A stretch of 64,000 nt of DNA from assembly GCA_964016885.1 (NCBI GenBank), contig OZ024740.1, forward strand, positions 119,288,001 through 119,352,000, in the 5' to 3' direction. Under the pieces are notes generated by a model. It had not been told where the DNA came from, did no database searches, and saw only the letters and a program-made list of their open reading frames with translations. Positions 39,810-54,242 of this stretch are shown here, in pieces. Each line of letters begins with the position of its first letter. The first letter of the stretch is position 1. Source of the stretch: Eledone cirrhosa. Lineage: Eukaryota. Position numbers and translations under genes: made by a program.

Positions 39810-41889
39810 CTAGTTTTATGAATATACCATCTACTTAAAATATTTGAATTTCTTATATTCAATGCTTTCCAATTGTGTGCCACAATCATTAAGATCAATA
39901 TTAGGAACACTAGGAGAATAATGGGGAGAGGCATTGAATAATAGCCTGAGAAGATACTATTCTTAAAGGAAATATGAAAGGGTGATGTGTCACCTCTTCA
40001 AGTACTATCAAAATGTATGAATTGCCAATTTCAGTAATTAATTCTGATCTTAAAATTTCAAGTGACAATGCCGGTTTAGGTTTCATTGTGTGTATAAGTT
40101 AGCCAATTGGGATTTTGATGAAGGTCAGTTTCAACCCTATACATATAACACATTATCTTATTTTATTCATGACATGTTTTTTAATAGGTTATTACAATTG
40201 AATCTTTTCATAGAAAACATTGTTTCTCTACATCTGGTGTCCTGTCTTTTTAGGAATTTTCTATTTTCTATCCATCTCTTAAAAATTTGGTATCAATTTA
40301 TTATCTTCAGTAATAACAGAATTTCTATTTAAGGTACCTGCAGCCAAATTGGATTTTATATTTTATATCTCAAATGACACAGTTTGGTACTTTTAATAGT
40401 AGCTTTAGTTCAACTATCAAATAGGAAAGCTATTTGTTTGTTGATCTGTAATATATTTGAATTTTTGTATAAATATGGGATGTCATTTTTTTTTTTCAAC
40501 ATATTCCACTAATGCAAGCCATTTCTTTTCAATATTATTCAATCAACGTGATGTATGTAAATAGAAATATTTGTCTTCCTCTTTTGCATTAGGACAGATC
40601 CTATTGATGATATACATGTGTATAAGCTAACAACCAGGGATTGGAACAGATAAGGTAGCTCTCACATCATCAAGTTTCTTAATTGTATTGAGACATTTGG
40701 CTAATAATAGAAAATGTTAAATATTTTTAGCTTCAAACAAGGGTGCTACAATTCACTCTTTTGAATAAAATGCAATTAAGTGTATAAAACACTTAAATTC
40801 CTTGGAATTTACAGGCACAGGGAAAACAAATAGTCACTACAGTTTATTATGGTCTGACAATGCCTTGACTTCTCCTGTACGTCTAATACACAACACAGTC
40901 TTCTTTCCCTGCTAGTCTGCCTGCTATCCCACTACACCTCTTATGTACTCAAGAGAAAGAAAAAATTCCAGCAAGAATGTCCTTTAGATCTGTAGCAATA
41001 GGTGCGTGCAAACAACAAAGCATGGATAAATTGAGGGAAAAACTGATTATAAGAGTAGACTGCATTGGTGTGGACATGTGTATGAATGATGATAGTTGAG
41101 TAAAGTACCAGAAAAATATGAAAAGATGATGTGGGTGTGGAAGATGAAGAAAGACATGGACAGAAGTGGAATTTTTGGAGTGACCCCATCCAACTCATGC
41201 AAGCATGGAAAATAGACATAAACATGATGATGTGAATTAAGTAAAATCTCTACATATTGGGTACATTTGAGAAAGCTTGCTTGGATAATTTTTTTTTATC
41301 TACATATCACTATATCATCAGAGTAATGAGCTACCCTTTAAAATCTTTAATGATTTCTCTCATCATCATCATTTAACATCCATGTTCCTTGCTAGCAAGT
41401 GTTGGATGGATTATCACAGACTAAATCAATACTTAATCAGAGCTACTGACCTCTTAAATAGGCTTCAGACAACATTTTTCTTATATACATTTCCACGATC
41501 TACAAAATGCACTTGATTCATTTTATCATGACACCAGTACTAGGAAGATTGTCTAGATTTTGGCGAAACTGAAAATCTTCTCAACCCTTTGTTTGGCAGG
41601 TTTCTATAGCTAGATGTCCTTCCTACCAACAACCACTTTATATAGTACATTGGTTGCATTGTATACTGTCACCAACAATAGAAATGTTGTCATGTCATGA
41701 TTGAAGGGTCCTCTCATCCTTTTTTGGCATAGTTTCTATGACAGAATTTCCTTCCTAACAGGTATCACTTTACAATATATAACAGTTACATTTTCCCTTG
41801 GCATCAGCACTAGGGAGATTGTCAGTCATTGCTAAAAATTGCCTCTCTATTTCTGAATCACATAATTTGTTATAATTATCATTTGCTTC

Positions 41890-42602
41890 AAAAGCTGTAA
41901 AATGTTTCTCCTTGGATGTCAAGGATATCTACTAATATATTGAATTAAGCTGAACAGTACTGAAATTATATTTTTTTGCGAATTCAACATAAAACATTAC
42001 TAGTGAGTGAGATAAGAAATATATCAAAATGCGTAGCAATTAACAGTAGATATGTAATAAACCCCTAAATGCCTTTGCCACTATTTCTGTTGAATACCTT
42101 TGTTTGAAAACCGATGACATCATTGAAAGTATGATTATTCCCTCAACAGGAAGTTTATTAATTTCAACTTTAATTAATGCACAGCCTTCAACAGAGTAAT
42201 TTCTTGAGGAGCAGCAAATAATCATTGCTTCCCGAAGAAATTCCTATATCTGCATCTGTGAATATTAAAAGTTTATCAAATATGCTATTAAAATTCAGAT
42301 CATCATATGCAATGGACATAGTTAGGGGAGGAATTTACCTTTTAAATTCAATCTGAAGTAACTGAAATTCTGATAAGGAAAGGATTCTCAAGATGGCAGA
42401 ATGAGATATTCCACATTCAATAAATATTTCAGTTACTAGGTAGCAATCATATATTTTTATGTATAGAATCATCCTTCCAATAAGGTTTGTTGCCATTAAC
42501 AGATGATTTAGAGTATTATTTTGAAGTGTTAACTGACTTATATTAACAGTAGCATTTGATATTCACAGTTTTATAAATAACATTGGAAATTGTTCACAAT
42601 TC
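41890..42602 (-). pseudogene. REJ domain block (C-terminal modules)
   Basis: SNATVNISQLTL, TEIFIECG...IEFKGK, FDKLLIFTD...SSGSNDYLLLLKK, EGCALIKVEINKLPVEG (PKD1 EGCASIRLSPNRPPLGG), ITYLLLI, ILVDILDIQGE (LAVVVQDQLGA), in order but across frameshifts. Confidence 0.8.
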
Positions 42603-42789
42603 CTTCAGAATGAAAATATAAACACATATAATGAATACAATTAACTATTGCTAGGAGTCTTACAAATGTATTGCATCAAAATATGCAATCAAAGTGAGAG
42701 AAAGAAACAGAAAAGGAAAACAAAAACAAATACAGCTATCAATTCACCACCAAGTGCAACAATTGGCCATACATCACATGGCTGAATGG

Positions 42790-43450
42790 GAATTTTTGAG
42801 GCAAGCCAAGATGCTCACAGCATCACTGTGGGTGATGGTGAGGCTAAGGTGCTAAGACAACCAGGCACCCCCACAGGCTTCACCTGACACCATAGGAAGG
42901 TAAGCCATCACCGATGACATGAACTTCACTGTCAGCAGCCCAACTCCGCCCAACATCTTGAACACCACAGGCTGGTAAAAATAATTGTTTGATAGTTCCC
43001 GGTATTTTGGGATTTTATTTTGTTTAGCAACGGAAGCAGTGACCCTCCCAACCATGGGAGGGAGCAAAAGAGTCACTGACTCTGGTATCGCAATGCCTTT
43101 TACCCAGGGGCAAAGGGTAAGGCCATCTGGTCTCTTCCCATCACTTCTGGATAATCCAGCTGGACCCAGAACTGAGGAGATATTTATCTGAGCAAGGGCC
43201 CACTTAATGACTAGATTCAACTCAGTGTGACAGGTGAAGCAACCAATATTCAGACAGCAGGGACAAACCATGGAGGCCTGTAGAGACAAGTGACCTATCA
43301 CAGCAACATCTCAGACCCCCACAGACATCGGCACCCAGTTGGAGTGCAATGGAGATTGGAGCACATCCAGACTGAGAAGACTACCACTATTGGCTACAGG
43401 CATCAATCCAATCCTCCAAGAAATTTGCACTTGCAAAATTGATCTAAATG
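42790..43450 (-). mobile_element. CRE-like RLE retrotransposon 3' fragment
   Basis: GLSRSDGKRPDGLTLCPWVKG...KY...YQPVVFKMLGGVG; homologous to 4870-5375. Confidence 0.78.
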
Positions 43451-44668
43451 ATCAAAGATTCAAATTTTTCACTTGAATGCAGTTCCTATGATAGCTCAGG
43501 CTATGAGTGACAGTCAGTGGTCTTCAAATATCAACTTGTATGGGAGCATAGAGTACAGTTTGGTGGTGAATTGGCAGCATCAGACAGGGAGAAGAAGTCA
43601 ATGGGAGTAGGTTAACGATAGTGCTAGAGAGGGAACTGGGTGAACAACATTAACTCTTGCATTGGAGGGTGGGTAAGTGGTATTGGAGGTAAGCTAGCTG
43701 TTATGGGAGTAAAGGGATGAACAGAGCTAATTTGAGGAAAGAGCGGATGGGAGAGATGGAGGATACAAGTTAGCTCCCCTGGAATGAGGTGGTGTTGAAT
43801 CGGAGTACGAAGGCTGAAAGGATGTTATGAAATCCTTTAACCATGTGAGTCTCCCGGTCTCTCAGCACATGACCTTAAAATAATTTAGATTTAAATCTAA
43901 ATGGTGACATTTTATTTGAACTGACCATCAATGTTAAATTTGCCATCAGATGGGCATGTAAAAAAGATGTATGAACTGTATAGGAATAGGAGGTTGGGGT
44001 GAACTAAAATAGAAATGAAATTTGTGTTTATGTGGAAATGTATGTAAGATGTTGAGATCAATGCTGTGTGTGTGTGTAAACATTTAAAATTGTAAATTCA
44101 ATAACAGTGCAAAAACAGAACAGTGAGATATTAACACTTTCAAAAGAGGAAGTTGAAACTGAAAAAGGAATTTTAAGAGGTACCAAAAAGGAAGAAATAT
44201 GTGTGAGATGTTGAAATGGATGTTGTATGTGGGTAAACATTTAAAACAATAAATTCGATAAAAGTGCAAAAAATAGAGCCATGAAATATTAAAATATTGA
44301 AGAAAGGAAGTTGAAGCTGAAGAAAAAAATTTGAAGAAAGAATCCTGAGATGCACCAAAAGCAGTGGATGAAAAAAATATATAATGTATTTATGAAACGC
44401 GTGTTATGCATGATTACAAATAAAATATTAAATTGAAACTTCGATTTCTCAATTTTAATATATTTTTCTTTTTTGAATTCACCTCCATTCAGTTCTGGAT
44501 TAGCATTAAACTGGGACTTGAAGCAGTTGTCCAAATTGTCCTTTACTAATCTAAGATAATATAATGTGACCTTATAGAAATTTGGCTGTTATCTCTAACA
44601 GATCAAGCAACCACATAGATGTTTTCACTCCTTTGTTTGAAGTAAACATATTTGTCATTTTCAGCTAA

Positions 44669-45050
44669 CGGCAGTGAATTGGCAGTATCGGTAAAGGGTC
44701 GGACGCCATGCTTTCTAGCATAGTTACGTCCCTTTACAGTCTGAGTTCAAATCCCGCCGAGGTTAACTTTGCCTTTCATCCTTGCGGGGTCGATAAAATA
44801 AAGTACCAGTAATGTACTGGGTAATTGCTGACCTTGTGTCTAAAATGTTCTTGTTGAAATTAATAATTGTTTCTACCTTTGGCACAAGGCCAGCAATTAC
44901 CCAGTACATTACTGGTACTTTATTTTATCGACCCCGCAAGGATGAAAGGCAAAGTCAACTTCGGCGGGATTTGAACTCAGATCGTAAAGGGACGTAACTA
45001 TGCTGGAAAGCATGGCGTCCGACCCTCTACCGATACTGCCAATCCACCGA
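44669..45050. mobile_element. tail-to-tail inverted pair of SINE family A
   Basis: + copy 44669-44845 and - copy 44866-45050. Confidence 0.9.
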
Positions 45051-45924
45051 ATTAATAATGTTTACAGGATACATGTGATTCTAAAAAGAAAGGTTCAAAC
45101 AATGTTACCATTTAAATCAAATAGTTCAGCATTATATATTAGTTGCCTCTCATCCTTACAGGGTAGATAAAATAAAGTACCAGTAATGCACTGGTTAATT
45201 GCTGGCTTTGTGCCAAAAGTAGAAACAACTATATATTAGTCTTTGTGTTGGGTCAAAAAAACAAATGATATTAAATGAAGATCACACAAACACCAAACAA
45301 ATTTTATGCGATCCTGTGAGGAAAGATTCTAGCTGGTCAACATAGAAAACGCTTTATAAATAAGACAGATCTCTTTTTAGAATAATTATTTCAATGATTT
45401 TTTTTTCCCTTATCTTTTCAACATTTTGATTCTTTTAAATTTTGTTTCTCTTCCTTTCTTTAAACTTCTCATTAGATTATGTTTTCTTTTACTGCTTTGA
45501 ACATATATTTCTGTGTAGCAACACGTGAGTGTGTGTGTTGCGGCTGACTCTCGCAGAGCTCCAAGAAAATACATCCACACAGTTCAGCTTTTTCTTATGA
45601 TATTAACATTAAATAATAATCTATTAGTATTAATAGTAATTAGTACGTAATAGTATATATCTACTACATATTGAATATCGTCTCATATTGTTTCCATTCC
45701 TCAATTAGTTGCTTTTTTATAAAATCTGAGGAATTAGTTTCTAATAAATAAAACAGCCTGTGATATTGTTATGCTATTGTTGTGACATTGCTTGCACTTT
45801 GTATGCTTGAATGTGGCCAGAACTATTTAAGCTAACTAACAGCTTGATGTACCAGTCTATCGTGTGCCATTTGGGTAATGTAGGTTAATTCCAATACCCT
45901 CTCATAATGAATATTTAAACTTAC

Positions 45925-46290
45925 TGATGTCGACTTATATAATTGTTGCAAATACAACAGATATATTATGGAATCACAATATCTTCATGAACCAACAGCA
46001 ACTCACTTCTATTATTAATGGCCTTCGGTTGATTATACCCATTTACAGCACCACTTGCTATGGACTTTTGAAAAACCATTGCAAAATATCCTCTTATCTT
46101 GCAATTAAGACATTGGTTATCAACAAAAGTTTATTATTTACAACTTCATAGAAACAATTATTTACAACTTCATAAGGTTTTCAGAGCTTTATTAGAAAAA
46201 GCAAAGCTATGGTAAACTGCCTTTCTAGTGGTTCTTCTGTTTTGTCCTTGATAAAAAGCATTTCTAATAACTTCATTCACAAGTAGGAGT
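45925..46290 (-). pseudogene. possible REJ block (weak)
   Basis: |GTAAGT donor at 45924; KVHSKWCCK may correspond to PKD1 LSFHWAC; position fits the domain order; many stops. Confidence 0.25.
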
Positions 46291-46739
46291 GATTGTTCCA
46301 GTGCGTCTCCCTCACCATCCCCAGAGGCAATGTAGTCTCCATCATGCTGGTTGGAACCATGAGGCAGAGGTTAAGTTAGTTCAAGGTGGAGGGTACTCAT
46401 TCTGATGTGACATATATGCACACAGGTTCAATCCCTTGCATATTAACTTTTATAAATCACCAAGAGTCTTCCACATGTCATATTTACATAATTTGATTCC
46501 TTTCACTTTCTTTTGTCTTTTTATACACAGTGAGATATAAATATTAACATGATAAAAGAATCCATTCTGGCTACCTAGTCAAATATTGAGCATCAATGCA
46601 CAAAACAATTAAGTTGATTACAAAAACTCCTGAAGTGTGAATATCATGATAATTTGTAATTCCAAGGAGTCAATTTCCACCCATGGATATATTGCAGATT
46701 TCAAAAGTTGTCTACTAATGGAGTCATTTATCCACCTTT

Positions 46740-47225
46740 TTTCATATAAAGGATGGCTGTATGATGCCTGTGTGCAAAGTGCAATGCTGCATTGTAATGA
46801 AACATGGGAAGTGACTGCAGAGGACATGCACAGGCTGGAGAGAAATGAAGCTACCATGGTTTGTTATATGTGCAATATAAATATGAGAGAAAGGCAGAGC
46901 CTAGATGAACTAAGGGAAAAACTGGGTCTAAATAGTATCTCAAGTGGTTCACATGAGAGAAGTCTGTATAGGTAGGAATATGTGTTGCACATGAATGAAG
47001 ATCATTGGGTGAAGAAGTGCTAGAAAATCCTAGGGAAAGGAAGCTAAAGTTGAGGTAGACCATGGAAGACATGGGTGAAGGTGGCAAAGGCTGATCTTAA
47101 AATTGCTGAGACTCACGGAGGAGATGATGAAGGAACGAGACAAGTGGAGAGATATTGGATTGAAAAGAACCCATCCAACCCACGGCAGCATGGAAAAACA
47201 CAAAAGAAATGATGATGATGGATGG
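46740..47225 (+). mobile_element. RTE-clade LINE 3' fragment with (GAT)n tail
   Basis: LYDACVQSAMLHCNETW...RLERNEATM...ELREKLGL; tail ACCCACGGCAGCATGG...GATGATGAT. Confidence 0.85.
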
Positions 47226-48068
47226 GGTGGTAGTGCAGGTAGCAACTGCATCCGCTGTTGCTACATGCGCTACCACTGTCATCGCCATTGTTGTCGTCTG
47301 ACCCACGATCAGACAGCATACATAACTCATATGATCATATGTAATTCTATTGTTTGTAATTAATATAGCAATACAAGATATTACTAAAAGGTTCATGCCA
47401 TTTTCCTTCTTTCAATTAATACATATCACCAATAATCTTTTATTTAAGAATAAGAGCAGAAAAAGTGATCTACATGAGTTCAATTAATTGACATATTAGG
47501 TATATCCCAATAAGATTTTAGCTTCTTTCTGCGTTTACTTTTTGATTGTTCTCAGTGAAAACATTAATTTTCTTTATGATTTATATATATATATATATAT
47601 TTTTATTAATATTTATCTACATGTTGAGCAACACAAATATATAGAGTATGTGTCCTTGTGTAAACAAAGACTTCAGAAATTTTGGGAAACTTTGAAATTA
47701 GAAATACGTTCATTAACTGGCAAAGTACCACTGGAGTTGGACTAAAGTGGATAGATTTGGCTGCAAGGAATCAAACAACACACCTCTTGGATGATGGGTG
47801 AGTGCATTAGTCACCACATTAAAGAACCACTGGCTATTAATTCTGTCTTTTTAGAAATGTTAAGCCTGTAGCTAGAAATGAACATAAAGCTGTTGACTTA
47901 GGAAGAATTAAGTAAATTTGAAATATGTACATCTTAATGCAGGTGACAATAATAATGATTTGTAAGTCAACCGTTTGTTTATGCTTCTTGCTACAGGCTT
48001 GAAACCTTCTAAAATGAAAGAATGGGTGGCCAGTGGCTTCTTAGCATATATCTGTAGTATAGTAAACA

Positions 48069-48325
48069 CACTCTGTTGGCATCTATGAGATCATCATCAT
48101 CATCTTCCATGCTAGCATGAGTAAGAGGGCGAGATGTGGTATTCAATTCCCTGCACTCTCTTGGCATCAATGAGATCATCATCATCATCTTCCATGCTAG
48201 CATGAGTAGGAGGGCGAGATGTGGTATTCAATTCCCTGCACTCTCTTGGCATCAATGAGATCATCATCATCATCTTCCATGCTAGCATGATTAGGAGGGC
48301 GAGATGTGGTATTCAATTCCCTGCA
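48069..48325. repeat. three tandem copies of an 85 bp unit
   Basis: Units start at 48069, 48154 and 48239; near-identical. Confidence 0.92.
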
Positions 48326-48739
48326 GGTGCCTCAGTCCACTTATTCATTTTCAGAGATTACTTTACCCAATTTTCGCAACTACTAATTATAGGTATCACT
48401 TATTAATCTGGTAATTTGCATTGTGATGCATATATTTCAAATTTCTAATTTTCCTAATGTTTCATTAGTCCCCTGCTTTGCTTAAACAGGCTTAATATCT
48501 TCTAAAAAGATGGAATTGGTGGTATGTAGTGGTTAATGCACTCAACTGTTGCACGGGAGATGTGGGTTCAATTCCTTGCAGGTACTTCTGTCCACATTTT
48601 CCGACTCCAGGGGCATTTTACTCAAATCCTTCCACTCTTATTTATAGCGATCAACGTTGTGATGGGCACATTTCAAATATATATATATGACAATGATGAT
48701 CATCATATATATATTTATGTATATATAAACATTGAAGGC

Positions 48740-49165
48740 ATAATATCATAGATTCAATTGTGTCCAATTGTCTTCAGTAAAGCTGTAAATGAAGCAATTA
48801 TTGACAGAAATAGTTATCTGAATATTTATTAATACATAACTCCCTATTCTGTTAAGCTGCTAAAATTCTAACAATTTTCACAGCTGATCACTAATTCACT
48901 GTAACAATAATTGAGTTATTCAATTTAGTCAGCAGCCTGTCAGAAAAGTCTAGAATTTGTGAATATTATCAGTACACACATTATATATTTATGTTACTTT
49001 TGCTCTTATTGGAGAGAACTTTGGGGCAAAATCAAAAATTCTTCCATGCTCTGCAAATTAGAACACTGACACATTGTAATGCTGTTACAAATAATATTGC
49101 TTATATAAGCATTATTCAGCACTTTTCTGCTCTAATTGAGTGGAAAGTAATTAAAAGTTGTTAAT
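48740..49165 (-). pseudogene. REJ domain block (first module)
   Basis: CATTCAG| acceptor; FLILPQSSLQ*EQK*HKYIMCVLIIFTNSRLF*Q resembles PKD1 RLVLPRLALPVGHYCFVFVVSFGDTPLTQ; single frame with many stops. Confidence 0.55.
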
Positions 49166-49229
49166 CTGAATGTATTATTTTTATCTATTTATTTTACTCA
49201 TAAATCTGATATAATAAACTATATATGAA

Positions 49230-49620
49230 TCATTATTGTTTTGTCCGTTTTTCCCCACTTGCATGGGTTGGATGGGTTCTTTTCAGCACAGCTTTTCTCC
49301 ACTTGTCATGTTCCTTTGTCTTCTCAGTGAGTCTCAGCAATTTGAGATCAGCTCTCACCACCTTCATCCAGGACTTTCTTGGTCTACTCCTGCTGCATCT
49401 TCCATCTAATGAGATTTCCTGGCATTTCTTCATCCAACATTCATTATCCATGCACATCACATGACCATATAAATGCAGTCTTCTCTCTTGCTCACTGTTT
49501 TTGATTCCTCTTAAACCTAGTTTCTCCCTCAGTGTATCCACATTTATATTGCACTTCCAAGAAATATGGTTGCTTCATTTCTCTCCTTCATACACATATC
49601 CTCTTCACTTCACAGATAGG
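49230..49620 (-). mobile_element. RTE-clade LINE 3' fragment
   Basis: LREKLGL...RRLHLYGHV...RSRPRKSWMKVVRADL. Confidence 0.85.
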
Positions 49621-50059
49621 TGTCATACAGCTATCTTTTTTTACATAGAGAGAAAACTTCTGATCTCAACAGAGAGAGTAGCTCTTTCAATTTCTTCCAG
49701 CTTATCCTTATTGTTTCTGAGGAAGACGGTGTAATCGATGAGGGATTTCAAGACAAGAAATAGGTAGTGACATAATCATTGCCTGTTAGTCACTATATCG
49801 ATCTACCATGATTAATCAACCCTTTGAAATGATTGTAAAACAATGAACTAATTAAGAACCTATCTCCAACTTATGTTTTATTTTCATTGTTCAAACACCA
49901 CACATATATAAATGGCTCTGTAGTTCGAATAGAATCTTTGAAACAATCTTATGCATTGAGAGTTTACGAAAAAACTATAGTTCTCACTGCCTAATCTTGT
50001 TGATGCCATCTTCAAGACTACATTAAATTCTAATAACATTATCAGCACCACCAAAATCA

Positions 50060-50114
<55 letters not shown>

Positions 50115-50442
50115 TGGAAGGTTAGTAAAATCGAAGTGTGGCAGTTGCCCAAGATCCACAAAAAAACAATTTGGAACTTTCACGAAGCACTTGATAAGAA
50201 CATATCGATAAATCGATCGGTTACTGTCCTATATGAGCATGACACGGTCACCTGATCCAATTTTCCTCTAATGTGACACGTCTAACCCATGCTAACGTGA
50301 AAAATGGACGTTAAACGATGATAATGATATATATATATATATTTGTTTTTTTTTCTTTTTCTATGAGTATATTTGTGTATAAATTTACAGAGACCTGTTT
50401 TTTTAATGTATTCGATACAAACTTATAATTACTTCTTACTTG

Positions 50443-50492
<50 letters not shown>

Positions 50493-50801
50493 GTAAACTC
50501 TATGCTGGTTTGGACTGTAATTACACAAACACATAAACTAATATGATTTCTTGTATCATCTGTATTTTCTTGTTATTACAATCATATTGCAGGTTTTACA
50601 TTGCTCTTTGATGAAGGAATTTTTCCTTAGAAACAAATATATGTGATGAAATAATTCAAGAAGTAATCTTATATTTCTACTTCTGTTTTTTAAGATATTT
50701 TCTGAATGTATAAAACATCAAATAGAAATCTTATTAAAGTAAACACAATAAAACTAATCTGAAAATACGAGATTTATGTAAATTGTTTTAAAAAAATGGA
50801 T

Positions 50802-51165
50802 AATAATAATTGTTTCTACTTTTGGCACAAGGCCAGCAAATACCCAGTGCATTACTGGTACTTTATTTTATCGACCCCGTAAGGATAAAAGGCAAAGTTA
50901 ACCTTGCAGGATTTGAACTCAGAATGAAAAAGGGCGTAACTCTATGCGAAATGGATAATAATAATGAAAAATAGATAATAATAATTGTTTCTACTTTTGG
51001 CACAAGACCAGCAATTATCCAGTGCATTACTGGTACTTTATTTTATTGACCCCGTAAGGATGAAAGGCAAAGTAAACCTCAGCGGTATTTGAACTCAGAA
51101 TGGCAAGGACCGTAACTCTATGCGTCAAAGCATGGTGTCCGACCCTCTACCGATACTGCCAATAA
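50802..51165 (-). mobile_element. two SINE family A copies on the minus strand
   Basis: 50802-50948 (flanked by duplicated AAATGGATAATAATAAT) and 50975-51165. Confidence 0.85.
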
Positions 51166-51789
51166 TAATAATGATGATGATATACAAGATGTTTTGTTTC
51201 AATTAAACTTTGCTTATTTTCTGGCTTGTTTTACATATACTCAGAAGTTGATGTAGCTTATTATCCACCCTAATTTATGAGAATGTATATGTCATCCTCC
51301 TTCTCCTTCTAATAATCATTATTAGCTAGCATCTATTTTTCATGGTTGGGTGTTTTTTTCTCATGTCATTCTGGAAGAGCAAGCAGCATGTCATGTTTGC
51401 ATGGAAAACCAGGCATGTTCCACATTGTACTGCTATGTACTTGGTGCAATTGCTTCAAGGCTTGCTTTCCCAGAATACTGGTAACACAACAGAAAACAAT
51501 ATATATATATGGGTTTTCCTACTGCATAGCTTCCTTCAACTGGTGAGTGCTCTGCATGTTTTTATACAGCTGTCATACTTCATACACATCACATGTCCAT
51601 ACCAACGTAATTTCCTCTACTGCACACTGCATCAGCTTCCTTTTATGCCTAGTTTCTCTCTCAGTTCGTTTAGTGAGCAGGGACAAAATAGGGCTCTCAA
51701 GCCCTCAGGGAAATAGCTCACTGTGTGTGCAGGTAAGGAGGAGATAGAAACTCAATCCTGTGTCCAAAATGCAATGGGTACACTAGAGG

Positions 51790-53212
51790 TGTATTGGCAA
51801 AAACACTCAGGAAACAAGCTCTTTTAAATTCACAGAGACCCCCATAAAAATAGTCGTTAGCTTCTGCTATGTGAACAATGAAATCAGCAGTGGTGTTGAT
51901 GCACAGAAAGTACAGATGACAGAGTAAGGACAGGATGGAAAAAGTTCAGGGAGCTACTACTGGTGCTAGCTACAAAAGGTTTTTCACTCAAGATAAAATG
52001 AACAAGCTGCATGATGCCTGGGTGTGAACAGTAATTCTATATGGAAGCAAAACTTGGGCACTGTATGCTGAGGATCTATAAAGATTGAAAAGAAATGAAG
52101 TCTGCATGCTCAGATGGATGTGTAACAGTAGTGTACATGAACAGCAAAATGTAAATGAATTGAGAGCAAGACTGGGCTTAAGAGAAATCAAATGATGTGT
52201 GCAGGAGAGAAGACTGCAGTGGTATACACATGTGATGCACATGAAGGATGACAGCTGTATAAAAAGGTGCAGGTGACTTGACATTGTAGTGTAACTCAGA
52301 AGATAAAAACCTAGGAAGACATGAGATGAAAAGATAAAGGCTGACCTGGCACAGCTGAACCTCTCAACAAAGATCGCTCGGGACCAAGACCTCTGGCACT
52401 ACATGCTACAAAACATGGCAGAATACATGAGTCGACAACACTGTGCAGCCCACAACATAAATGTGGCTTGTGCTTAGGAAGGGCATCCGGCAGTCATAAA
52501 ATCCCAGTCAAAACATGGCCCAACTATGAGCAACATAGGTTCCAGTGCTGCCAACCAGCCAGACCTCTCTCGTAACATGCCTATATAGCTCCCATAATAT
52601 GGCCCAGTATGAGCATGGTCTGACATGGCCAACTGGCTAGACTCTCTCCATAACAGAAACATGCAGTTCCACAATGTAAATGTGTTTGCTGTGAGGAAGA
52701 ACATCTAGCAGCCGTAAGAACTCAGCAAAGGCAAGGTCCCCTATGAGCAGGGTATAGTGCAGTCCTTTGGCCAGACTTGCCTCATAACAGCAACCATCTA
52801 GTCTCACAGTGTAAATGTGGTTGGTGTTAGGAAAGGCATCCAGCAGCTGTAAAAATACTCAGCCAAAACACAAGCCCTGCTAGGAGCAACATTTGTTGCA
52901 ACTAACTGGTGTGACCTACCTCTTTAGAGATCCGCCCAGCTCCCAAATATCTATCTGCTTATGAGCAGGATATGGCATGAGCAACTGGCCATACCTTTAT
53001 TATAACAGGTCCACCCAGTTCCACACTGTCAACAAGGTTGGTGTTAGGAGGGGCATCCAGTTGTAAAAGAATGGTTAAAATACAGTCCTGTTTCAGCAAG
53101 GTATGGTGCGGTTAAATGGTCAAACGGACAAACTTGCTTCTTGGAGTGGACGACCCATCTGACCCACACAAGCATAGATAATAAGATGCTAAATAGTGAT
53201 GATGATGATGTT
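51790..53212 (+). mobile_element. RTE fragment followed by a family B element with several internal repeats
   Basis: RTE motifs 51900-52400; repeated TGTAAATGTGGTTGGTGTTAGGAAGGGCATCC blocks at ~52460, 52675, 52810 and 53030; (GAT)n tail. Confidence 0.7.
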
Positions 53213-53582
53213 AATATTATTCTATAAGGATAGTGTTGAGTTGTCACTATTTTTCTAATGAGAAAATCCTTCTTTATTATATACTAATAAAGACATCACC
53301 ACAACATTATCATCAACACATCATTGTCATAATCTTCCTTTACCTCGGCATAATTATCATCATTATCATTATCGCTATGTAAATATTATTACCATCATAT
53401 TTGTGCTTATTGGAGAAGGAAAATCACTGTATTCATATCAGGAACAAACAATGTCAGGTGTTGAAAAGAAACTCATAACAATTCAATATATTTTGCAGAT
53501 TAGATGTTATATTAACAGAACAAATTGCTGACAATTATCAATATTCATCTGCATATATTCCACTGTCTGTCAGTTTGCCTGT

Positions 53583-53765
<183 letters not shown>

Positions 53766-54242
53766 TTCATTAGATATATATAGTTGTGCTTCAATATAAA
53801 TATGCTTACATAAAATTACACACATACACATGTGAACAGCTTAAAATCTAAATAAAAACACAATAGCAGAGACCAAAAGGGCTTGGAATTTTATCATGTA
53901 TATGCTGCAATTGTTAAAATAATATTAGTTTTTGAATAGCATATATTTTTCATCATCTAAATATTTCTATTTTGGTTTTTACATTTGTTAAATTTTTAAA
54001 TACATTGAATATGTTAACAACATTTTAATCATTCTTTTACATGCAGATAGAATCTCTAAATTATTTATTATATTAACCATTCTGTTTACATGTCAACCAA
54101 CGATTCTTATATCACTATATCAGCAAGTCTATGTGCCAGGTTTCCAGAAGGTTTATATTTACTGTATTTCACTTACAGAGCTTGGTTCATCCCAATGCTA
54201 TGGTAACAAATATTTATTTAAGGTATCTTCACAAAATCATAC

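Noticed and set aside
39820-40760. Coding gene
   Set aside because: Only traces resembling a very old L1-like RT/APE on the minus strand (LSPLF-like); too decayed to delimit
48069-48325. CRISPR-like array
   Set aside because: Whole units are repeated with no unique spacers, the context is eukaryotic, and there are no cas genes
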